A DNA stretch of 18,549 nucleotides from NCBI GenBank assembly GCA_018813025.1, contig JAHJCL010000013.1, positions 1-18,549 on the forward strand, given 5' to 3'. The translations under genes were made by a program, and so were the position numbers. Origin of the DNA: Patescibacteria group bacterium (GTDB taxonomy: Bacteria; Patescibacteriota; Minisyncoccia; Minisyncoccales; DG-74-3). Under the pieces are notes generated by a model. That model was given only the letters and a program-made list of their open reading frames with translations. It ran no database searches and was not told the origin of the DNA. This document shows positions 8,551 through 15,543 of the stretch, in pieces (position 1 is the first letter of the stretch; each line of letters starts with the position of its first letter).

Positions 8551-9208
8551 TATTTTGATTTTTTGTTTTTATATTTTTTATACCTCTATAATACCATTTA
8601 GGTATTTCACCTTTAAGAGCTGGAATAACACTTGGCCACTGTTTAATGAAAATTGGAATCGCCATTAAAAGACAAACCAAAAAATAATTGGGAGATAATG
8701 AATAACCAATTAAAGGCAGAAGAAAATTACCCATGAACTGGCCGAAGAAAAAACTTTGAGTAGCTAAAATAAAAACAATAGCCATAGCCGCCCAAGGTAA
8801 AAGCAACCAATTGAAATCTAAAACCCACAATATTCCGATTAAAGAGGCTTGTGCTTTGCCTCCAGAAAGTTTACCATCCTTAATTTTGAAATAAATAGAA
8901 AAACAATGCCCTAGAACTACTCCGAATCCGGCTATGGTCATAACTAAAATTTGATTGTACCCGAGGTAAGAAAAATATTTCGCAATTAATACAGGGAGAG
9001 CTCCTTTGGAGGCATCAATAAAAGTTGTGATTAGAAAAAGTAATGGTTTGTCGGTAACTCGCATTACGTTTAAAGCACCTACATTTTTGGTTTCTTCTTC
9101 CCTAATATCTTTATTTGAATATTTCTTTACAATCAAATAGGCGGTTGGAAAAGAACCTAAAAAATAAGATGAGACGAAGAACAAAATCGAATAAATTATA
9201 TTGTTCAT
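8543..9208 (-). CDS. plsY: PlsY-family acyltransferase, divergent copy 2
   Basis: Multi-TM. Matching elements: YFLGSFPTAYL, NVGALNVMR (partial GSGNxGATNVxR), FIDASKG, and GHCFSIYFKIKDGKLSGGKAQAS (GGKG motif with an insertion). ATG at 9208 is preferred. The ORF track's start at 9220 is a TTG. Confidence 0.8.
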   Translation of the reverse strand: MNNIIYSILFFVSSYFLGSFPTAYLIVKKYSNKDIREEETKNVGALNVMRVTDKPLLFLITTFIDASKGALPVLIAKYFSYLGYNQILVMTIAGFGVVLGHCFSIYFKIKDGKLSGGKAQASLIGILWVLDFNWLLLPWAAMAIVFILATQSFFFGQFMGNFLLPLIGYSLSPNYFLVCLLMAIPIFIKQWPSVIPALKGEIPKWYYRGIKNIKTKNQNNV

Positions 9209-9216
9209 TTCTTTAA

Positions 9217-10917
9217 TCAATAATTTCCATCTATTATATCCCAGGAAGCGATTAAACTTCCACTGACAATACTTTGGTCAAAAACTGAAGCTATAGAATT
9301 GATGAAAGAAACTTCAGCTTTTATTTCTTTCAATCTTTTTTTCAAAGATTCTGCCTGTTCAATATTATTTTTATGAGCAATAACTACTCTGATCTTTTGA
9401 CCATTTTGTCTTGATTTTTTAGTTTGCTTTTTAATTTCTATAAAAATTGCTTCTGATGCGTCTTGGGCTCTAAAACAAGAACTAATCCTAACCCATTGGC
9501 CTCTTCTGAGTCCAACCAACGGCTTAAAACCAATACTTTGCCATCTTTTAGCCCATTTTATAATAGGACTCCTGATAAAATTGTCTTGTTCTACTTTGGC
9601 TAAAAGTGGCAAAAATAGATAGGTCTGAATTTCCCGAGCTTTTTTATCAAGAATTTTAATAATCTCTCTTATTTCCCTCTGTTCTTTAATTAATCCAATG
9701 GCTTTTAAAATTAATAAACCCTGACCCGAACTGATATTTAAAGAATCAAAAACATAAACCCTGTAGGGGTCAACGAGTTTTAAGCGAAACTCCATGGCTT
9801 TTTGATAATTCAAATTAAATTTAGAAGAGCTGACAATAATCAACAATCTTTTAAATTTTTCTAACTGTTGATTGCAAACACTGATAAAATCATCCGGATC
9901 AGACAAAGAAGAAATAACTTTAATATAGTACCTCTCAATAATCTTATCAGTCAAATTTGAACTATTATCAGTAATGATACCAATTGAAAAATTACGCAAT
10001 GACTCTTCTCCGGCTGATTCTCTCGCCATATCTTCAACTCTCATCTCCTTGATTTCTCCAGCTGATCTAATAATTTCTTTTGCTTCTTCAATAGTGTCAG
10101 TATGAATATGAACTTTCATTCGATTACCAAAACTTACAACATCTAAACTATTACCGAATCGACTTAATTTTTCTTTAATGACCTTTTCAGTCATTTTCGG
10201 GTTTTCTATTAAAGCAACTATTTCATAGCGATTAGAAATGGTTTGAATAAATCTCCTAACCTCTTCTGACGGTCTGTCCATAATAATTTTAACTTTTTCT
10301 TCCTGAACTCCGTCTAAAGCATCAAGATAGCTTTCTAAAATGATTAAGAAACCCATCCCGCCGGCATCAACGACATTGGCCTTTTTTAATAACTCCATCT
10401 GGTTCTGCGTTTCTACTAAAGCTTTTTTAGCTTCTTGAATTGCTGTTTGAAACAAAATAATAATATCTTTTTCGGTTGAAACTCCTTGTTCAAAAGATTG
10501 AGCGGTTGCTTCAATCACATCTAAAATAGTTCCTTTTTTCGGGGACTGAATGCTATCTCTGGCCCTTTGATAACCTTTTCGAAAATACTCGGCCAGTTGC
10601 TGCGGTCCGACAGAATTTTCTTTTCCTAAAGAAGAAAAAAATCCAGCTAAAAAACCGGTATAAATAATACCGGCATTACCCTGGGCGGTGGTCATTGCCC
10701 CAGTTAAAATGGCATTAGAAATATCGTTTAAACTATTAAAATTTTTATTTTGAATTTCACTTCGAATCCCAGCCAGAGTCTTAGCTAAATTAGTCCCTGT
10801 GTCTTGATCGGGTACCGGGAAAACATTGATTTTATTTATCTCCTCCTTATCTCTTTCAACTCGTTCATAGGATAGAAGCATCATTTTCTTTAATTCCTTG
10901 GGAGTCAAATAGTCCAT
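9217..10917 (-). CDS. fakA: Fatty acid kinase FakA-like protein (DAK2/DhaL domain plus DegV-like C-terminal domain)
   Basis: 566 aa. The N-terminal DAK2 signature is INVFPVPDQDTGTNLAKT. The C-terminal ~250 aa align by eye with the stand-alone DegV ORF at 14540-15421: IGIITDNSSNLTDKIIERY vs IGLIVDEGADLTPEIIEKY, VFDSLNISSGQGLLILKA vs IIDSLSAVCGEGLLALKA, and GQKIRVVIAH vs GKKIKVFISH. Confidence 0.8.
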   Translation of the reverse strand: MDYLTPKELKKMMLLSYERVERDKEEINKINVFPVPDQDTGTNLAKTLAGIRSEIQNKNFNSLNDISNAILTGAMTTAQGNAGIIYTGFLAGFFSSLGKENSVGPQQLAEYFRKGYQRARDSIQSPKKGTILDVIEATAQSFEQGVSTEKDIIILFQTAIQEAKKALVETQNQMELLKKANVVDAGGMGFLIILESYLDALDGVQEEKVKIIMDRPSEEVRRFIQTISNRYEIVALIENPKMTEKVIKEKLSRFGNSLDVVSFGNRMKVHIHTDTIEEAKEIIRSAGEIKEMRVEDMARESAGEESLRNFSIGIITDNSSNLTDKIIERYYIKVISSLSDPDDFISVCNQQLEKFKRLLIIVSSSKFNLNYQKAMEFRLKLVDPYRVYVFDSLNISSGQGLLILKAIGLIKEQREIREIIKILDKKAREIQTYLFLPLLAKVEQDNFIRSPIIKWAKRWQSIGFKPLVGLRRGQWVRISSCFRAQDASEAIFIEIKKQTKKSRQNGQKIRVVIAHKNNIEQAESLKKRLKEIKAEVSFINSIASVFDQSIVSGSLIASWDIIDGNY

Positions 10918-10925
10918 AGTTTAAA

Positions 10926-11588
10926 TTAGCGAATTTTTTCCTCGAATTCTTTCAAAATTTTAGTGGCTATGTCTTTTCCGCCAAGACCGAAGGCAATACC
11001 CACGGCTATAACTATTGTTCCGATAAAACCGATAAAAATAGTCATAATAAGGTCTGGTGCAATTTGAAGTTGGTAGAGAATTGCCAATATTGATAAACTC
11101 CAAATTATCCAGCGAATAATCCGACCTAAAAAACGGGAATAAGTAATTTTTTCTTTTTCCAAAACAGCAATCATTATTTTCTGGGAGAAATCAGAGATAA
11201 AAACCGCGGTAATAAAAATTAAAGAAGCAATAAAAATGTTAGGGAAATAGGCAATAGCTTGAGCTAAAAGTTGACTAAATTGAAGTAAACCGATAATCTC
11301 GGCCGATGCCATTAAAAAAAGAAGGGTTACAAAACAGCTGGTGATACGACCGAAAAATTTAGGAACATTAAAATAGGTATCGGAAGTCATTAATCTTTCT
11401 TCCAAATCCATTCTTTTAATGGCCTGTCCTAATTGAATTTTTTCTAAAAAACGGCTGACTAAGTTGCCAACCCATTTTGAGACAAAAAGACCGATAATAA
11501 AAATCCAAATTGCCCAAATAAGGTTGGGTAGGTTTTCAACGAAACTCTCTAAAAATAATTGTAAAAAACTTTCTGAAGTAATTAACAT
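10926..11588 (-). CDS. Integral membrane protein of unknown function (about 5 TM, MscS-N-terminal/'TM helix repeat'-like)
   Basis: 220 aa with five hydrophobic segments and a short charged C-terminus (KILKEFEEKIR). It is wedged between carS (20-nt gap) and fakA (8-nt gap). I recognised no catalytic motif. Confidence 0.6.
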   Translation of the reverse strand: MLITSESFLQLFLESFVENLPNLIWAIWIFIIGLFVSKWVGNLVSRFLEKIQLGQAIKRMDLEERLMTSDTYFNVPKFFGRITSCFVTLLFLMASAEIIGLLQFSQLLAQAIAYFPNIFIASLIFITAVFISDFSQKIMIAVLEKEKITYSRFLGRIIRWIIWSLSILAILYQLQIAPDLIMTIFIGFIGTIVIAVGIAFGLGGKDIATKILKEFEEKIR

Positions 11589-11608
11589 ATCATTTAATTA
11601 ATTTTATC

Positions 11609-12178
11609 TTACCATTGGCTCTTAGACAAGCCTAATTTATAGCCAATTTGAGTGGCGCCAACGTGTAGAATAAAAGTTAAGACAAAAAGAACTAACCAGA
11701 CAGATAAATTAATTTGAATTTTAGAAAAAACAAACAGAAAGAGAGCCGCACCAAGAACATAATTAATTTGGTCAAAAGGAACAAACTTCGCTCCCGGTTT
11801 TAAATCTAAACGCCTTTTAATAAAAGCGAAGAATAAATCGCCGAAAATTGCTCCGAGGGTCATTGATAAAGCAAAATTCCAGATATTGATATTGGAATAA
11901 TTTATAATACTGATGCTTTGCATTAACGGACAATTAATGAAAAGCCATTTTTGATAAAAAATAATCATTATTCCGATTGACGAACCTACAATTATACCTC
12001 TCCAAGTTTTATGATCTCCCAACAAGGGTTTGCCCATAAATTGTTTACCTGCGTCAATTGGTTTAGCTAAAAATTTAAATATCCCTAGAGTAGCTGACAA
12101 TGAAGGAGTCATATTTGTCAAATAAGCGGGAAAAAAGAAATAGAAACAAGGTAGGATTAGATTAACAAAATTATCCAT
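11609..12178 (-). CDS. carS: CDP-archaeol synthase (CarS, DUF46 family; CDP-2,3-bis-O-geranylgeranyl-sn-glycerol synthase)
   Basis: 189 aa, 5-TM. CarS family signatures are present: PIDAGKQFMGKPLLGDHKTWRG, GAIFGDLFFAFIKRR, VPFDQINY, and a C-terminal ...LSKSQW. The size matches archaeal CarS. Confidence 0.85.
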   Translation of the reverse strand: MDNFVNLILPCFYFFFPAYLTNMTPSLSATLGIFKFLAKPIDAGKQFMGKPLLGDHKTWRGIIVGSSIGIMIIFYQKWLFINCPLMQSISIINYSNINIWNFALSMTLGAIFGDLFFAFIKRRLDLKPGAKFVPFDQINYVLGAALFLFVFSKIQINLSVWLVLFVLTFILHVGATQIGYKLGLSKSQW

Positions 12179-12221
12179 TTCAAAAATTGATTATTAGTTA
12201 TTTTAGATGTAAAATTATCCA

Positions 12222-12884
12222 ATGAAAGCTGACTTGCACGTTCATACTAATTATTCTTACGATAGCATATCTTCTCCGCAGGAAATAGTCAAAGCAGCTC
12301 TTCAAAAAGGGCTTGACTGTATTGCTATTTGCGACCATGGAGAAATAAATGGAGCAATTGAAGCAATTAAAGCGGCCTTTGACAAGCCGATTCTGGTTAT
12401 CCCGGGAATTGAGATAAAAAGCCAAGAAGGCGATATTTTGGGTTTAAATGTTAAAACAATAATTCCTAACGGACTTTCAGTCTTGGAAACAATTTTAGAA
12501 ATTAAAAAAGCTGGTGGACTGGTGGTGATACCGCATCCATTCGGACTTTGCTGTTCTTTTGACGGTAATTTAAAAAATATCATTGAACATATTGATGCTA
12601 TAGAAGTTTTAAACGCCAATATTTTTAAGAATAATAACCAAAAAGCTCTATCTTTGGCTAAGGAACATAATTTTGCAATAACCGCTGGTTCTGATGCTCA
12701 CAGCTCAATGTTTGTTGGTGAAGCCTTTTTAGAAATTCCGGGAGAAAAATTATCAATCAGCCAGATATTCGAACAAATTAAGAATAAAAGATGTAAGCCA
12801 TCAGGAAAAGAAACCAATATCTTTTTAAAAGGAATTGCTTTCTTACAGAGAAGTTGGGCAAAAATAAAGTATTACACAAAATAA
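12222..12884 (+). CDS. PHP-domain metal-dependent phosphoesterase
   Basis: 220 aa. PHP motifs: DLHVHTNYSYDS, ICDHG, VVIPHPF, EVLN, GSDAHS. It is divergent from carS (43-nt gap) and lies 6 nt upstream of the CDP-alcohol phosphatidyltransferase. Confidence 0.85.
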   Translation: MKADLHVHTNYSYDSISSPQEIVKAALQKGLDCIAICDHGEINGAIEAIKAAFDKPILVIPGIEIKSQEGDILGLNVKTIIPNGLSVLETILEIKKAGGLVVIPHPFGLCCSFDGNLKNIIEHIDAIEVLNANIFKNNNQKALSLAKEHNFAITAGSDAHSSMFVGEAFLEIPGEKLSISQIFEQIKNKRCKPSGKETNIFLKGIAFLQRSWAKIKYYTK

Positions 12885-12890
12885 CAACCC

Positions 12891-13487
12891 ATGTTATCAG
12901 AAAAAAGAGAACAATTTAAAAAATTAGAAGCAATAGTCGGTGATTTTTTTTCTAAGTTTTTGACTGCTAATCAATATTCTGGTTTAGCCATTTTAATGGC
13001 TTTGTTTTTTTTAAAATTTATTATTTCCGGCAATCTCAAAGTTGCTTTAATTTTTTTAATAACAACTTCTTTTTTAGATTTTGTTGATGGTGCTGTGGCG
13101 CGCAAAACCAACACTGCTTCCAATAAAGGAGCTTATTTGGATACAATTTTAGACCGCTATGTTGAGGCAATCGTTTTGTTCAGTTTCTTATTTCTACCCT
13201 TACCTAAACTATTGTTTCCCAGTTATGTCTGGATTTTATTTACCCTACTCGGTTCTTTTATGACCACTTATGCTAAAGCAGCTGGAAAAGAAAAAGAAAT
13301 ATTAAAAACCGAATTAAAAAAGGGGTTGATTGGCCGGGGAGAAAGAATGATTTTAGAATCTTTAGCCATATTATTCGGTATCTTTAATTTTAATTGGACG
13401 CTATTTTGTATTATTATTTTAGCTATTCTGTCTAACATCACTGCTTTTCAAAGAATTTACCTTGTTTTGAATAATGAAAATATTTAA
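12891..13487 (+). CDS. CDP-alcohol phosphatidyltransferase (archaetidyl/phosphatidyl head-group transferase; head group undetermined)
   Basis: 198 aa, multi-TM. It has an exact D-G-x2-A-R-x8-G-x3-D-x3-D signature: DFVDGAVARKTNTASNKGAYLDTILD. Confidence 0.9.
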   Translation: MLSEKREQFKKLEAIVGDFFSKFLTANQYSGLAILMALFFLKFIISGNLKVALIFLITTSFLDFVDGAVARKTNTASNKGAYLDTILDRYVEAIVLFSFLFLPLPKLLFPSYVWILFTLLGSFMTTYAKAAGKEKEILKTELKKGLIGRGERMILESLAILFGIFNFNWTLFCIIILAILSNITAFQRIYLVLNNENI

Positions 13488-14496
13488 TATTTCAGGACTC
13501 AAAAAAACTTATAGTCTTCTCAGGAAAACTTCTCGAATACAAGGACCTGATATCGATCAAAAATTAATAGACCAGATAATGTATAGTTTTGAGGCACTGC
13601 CACCATTTGGCAAAGAATACTGGTGGTTTCTTTTTTTAGATAATGATGGACCAAAACCAATTCAACTAATGTTAATGATTTGTCGAAAATATGGCAAAGA
13701 AATGTGGATTGATGATACTAAGATGACACTGAAAGATTTAGGGAAAGATGGAATAAAATCAGCTGTAACCGGCTGGCTTTACGATGGAAACAAGATGATC
13801 AACCTGGGCAACACCAATGGAATTGTCAAAATAACTGATAAAAAAATTATTACTGAAATTGCCGGCAATAAATTGATTTTTGAAGGCAGTTTTCCTTTTT
13901 ATAAATTGACAGTGGGTGATATTATTGATTTAAACATCAGTCACGAAAATACTTTAGTCAAAAGAAACAAAGAAGCTTACGGCATTTTCTGGCCACCATT
14001 CGGAGTCGGTTATTTTAATCTTTATCCCGATGTTTCCGGAACTATTTTTGGAAAAACATTTCAAGGAACCGGCCATTTACAAAAAGTTGTCGGTATCGCT
14101 CCTCACTTTCCTTATAACTGGGTCAGAATAATTTTTAAAAACGGATCTATGTTAAGGTTTTCCGATATTCGGCCTAAAAAAATACATGTTGAGAGATCGA
14201 TAGATTTTTATGATAATAATGAAAATAAAATTATTAAATTCAGCAAACCGAGTTTAAAAATATCTCGATCTGACAATTCTTTAATCTGGACATTGGAAGG
14301 ACAGGACAAAAACAATTACGCTAAAGTTGTTTTGGAAGCCTACGCTAAAAAACAATTTGTTATGAAAGGCGGAGGATCATTAACTTATGTTGAGTATTGT
14401 GTTATTCCTAAAGAATTGATTTTAAAAATTAAAGAAAAAACCATCACCTTAAATGATTTAGGTGATGGTGTGGGAACTTTAGAAGACGCCTATTAA
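13474..14496 (+). CDS. Hypothetical soluble protein, function unknown (weak tocopherol-cyclase/CrtC-like pattern, unverified)
   Basis: 340-aa ORF whose start overlaps the preceding transferase gene by 14 nt. No TM segment or signal peptide. The composition is rich in W, F, Y and G and looks beta-rich. Patches GKEYWWFLFL, GIAPHFPYNWVRIIF and C-terminal GVGTLEDAY recall lipocalin-like isoprenoid cyclase/hydratase families, but only from memory. Confidence 0.7.
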   Translation: MKIFNISGLKKTYSLLRKTSRIQGPDIDQKLIDQIMYSFEALPPFGKEYWWFLFLDNDGPKPIQLMLMICRKYGKEMWIDDTKMTLKDLGKDGIKSAVTGWLYDGNKMINLGNTNGIVKITDKKIITEIAGNKLIFEGSFPFYKLTVGDIIDLNISHENTLVKRNKEAYGIFWPPFGVGYFNLYPDVSGTIFGKTFQGTGHLQKVVGIAPHFPYNWVRIIFKNGSMLRFSDIRPKKIHVERSIDFYDNNENKIIKFSKPSLKISRSDNSLIWTLEGQDKNNYAKVVLEAYAKKQFVMKGGGSLTYVEYCVIPKELILKIKEKTITLNDLGDGVGTLEDAY

Positions 14497-14515
14497 AATT
14501 AATAGGATTATTAAC

Positions 14516-14535
14516 AATTAGCAAGCTTGCTTATT
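14516..14535. terminator. Possible weak bidirectional terminator hairpin between convergent genes
   Basis: aattagcaagcttgcttatt contains a perfect 12-nt palindrome agcaagcttgct (14520-14531) extended by imperfect AT pairs. It sits centrally in the 43-nt convergent gap. There is no clear U-tract. Confidence 0.3.
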
Positions 14536-14539
14536 AATA

Positions 14540-15421
14540 TTATTCGGCATACCAAGCAAGACCGATAAGTCCCGGGCCAGCGATGCTTCCAACGACATAA
14601 TCAGCTAAAGAAATTAAAACAACTTCTGTATTGTCTAAATTTTCTTTAATTAACTTTCCTAATTTTTCAGCTCCTTCTAAATTAATAATATGAGAGATAA
14701 AAACTTTAATCTTCTTTCCTTCTTGGCGAGGTTTTTTTGTTTTAGACTCAAGTTCTTTAAACAAAGCTTCAGGCACATCCTTAACTCCAGTTTTAACTCC
14801 AATTGGCTTAAGTACGCCTTCTTTAAATCCTAAAATTGGCCTAACGCCAAAATTAGCTGCTTTTCTAATCCAACTGGCTACCATCGGAGAAATACGGCCG
14901 GCATGTTCCAACCATTTAGGATCTTCGAGAATCGCATAAAGATGAATTCTAGATGGCATTTCTTTTAATTCTTTAACAATCATTTCAATATCGTTTCCGT
15001 TATTGATCAATTCAGCGGCTTTTAAGGCTAAAAGTCCCTCACCGCAGACTGCACTTAGAGAATCTATAATAAAAACATTGTTTTTCTGCTCTTCAGGCAG
15101 AAAACTAATTGCTTGAATTGCTGAGTTGTATGTCCCTGATAGTTTAGAGGTAACGGTAGTGCAGATGATCTTATCAAATTTTTCTAATTGCGCTTTAAAA
15201 ATATCTAAAAAATCTTTAGGCGATGGTTGGGATGTTTTACAGAATATTTTTACCCCTCTTTTATCTGCTTCTCGCATTTTGTGAAAAATACTTTCGCCAG
15301 GTAATTCCATTATTTCCGACGGCCACTCTACTTTTAAAGGAACAACTGCAATCTGATATTTCTCTATTATTTCTGGGGTCAAATCAGCCCCCTCATCAAC
15401 TATTAATCCAATTTTATTCAT
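14540..15421 (-). CDS. DegV family fatty-acid-binding protein (FakB-like)
   Basis: 293 aa. DegV hallmarks: N-terminal KIGLIVDEGADL, KTSQPSP, TVTSKLSGTYNSA, IIDSLSAVCGEG, and the C-terminal ISHIINLEGAEKL. Confidence 0.9.
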   Translation of the reverse strand: MNKIGLIVDEGADLTPEIIEKYQIAVVPLKVEWPSEIMELPGESIFHKMREADKRGVKIFCKTSQPSPKDFLDIFKAQLEKFDKIICTTVTSKLSGTYNSAIQAISFLPEEQKNNVFIIDSLSAVCGEGLLALKAAELINNGNDIEMIVKELKEMPSRIHLYAILEDPKWLEHAGRISPMVASWIRKAANFGVRPILGFKEGVLKPIGVKTGVKDVPEALFKELESKTKKPRQEGKKIKVFISHIINLEGAEKLGKLIKENLDNTEVVLISLADYVVGSIAGPGLIGLAWYAE

Positions 15422-15426
15422 ATTTT

Positions 15427-15454
15427 ATTGGTTAATTATTATTGGTTAATTATT
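15427..15454. repeat. Perfect 14-nt tandem duplication (attggttaattatt x2)
   Basis: Read directly: 15427-15440 equals 15441-15454. It lies in the 47-nt gap between the tRNA-Ala 3' end and the degV ATG. Confidence 0.9.
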
Positions 15455-15468
15455 AATTTTTTATAAAG

Positions 15469-15542
15469 TGGTGGACCCAGGGAGAATCGAACTCCCATTT
15501 CCACAATGCGAATGTGGCGTCTTGCCATTGGACTATAGGCCC
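15469..15542 (-). tRNA. tRNA-Ala (anticodon CGC), CCA encoded
   Basis: The hand-folded minus-strand sequence is GGGCCTA-TA-GTCC-AATGGCA-AGAC-G-CCACA-TTCGCAT-TGTGG-AAAT-GGGAG-TTCGATT-CTCCC-TGGGTCC-A-CCA. It has a 7-bp acceptor stem with the G3:U70 Ala identity pair and a canonical T-loop. Confidence 0.9.
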
Positions 15543-15543
15543 G

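Noticed and set aside
10926-11588. Assigning the 5-TM protein between carS and fakA a role as a lipid flippase, scramblase or mechanosensitive channel.
   Set aside because: Only hydrophobicity and a vague resemblance to MscS N-terminal 'TM helix' repeats are visible, and I recognised no diagnostic motif. It is kept as a membrane protein of unknown function.
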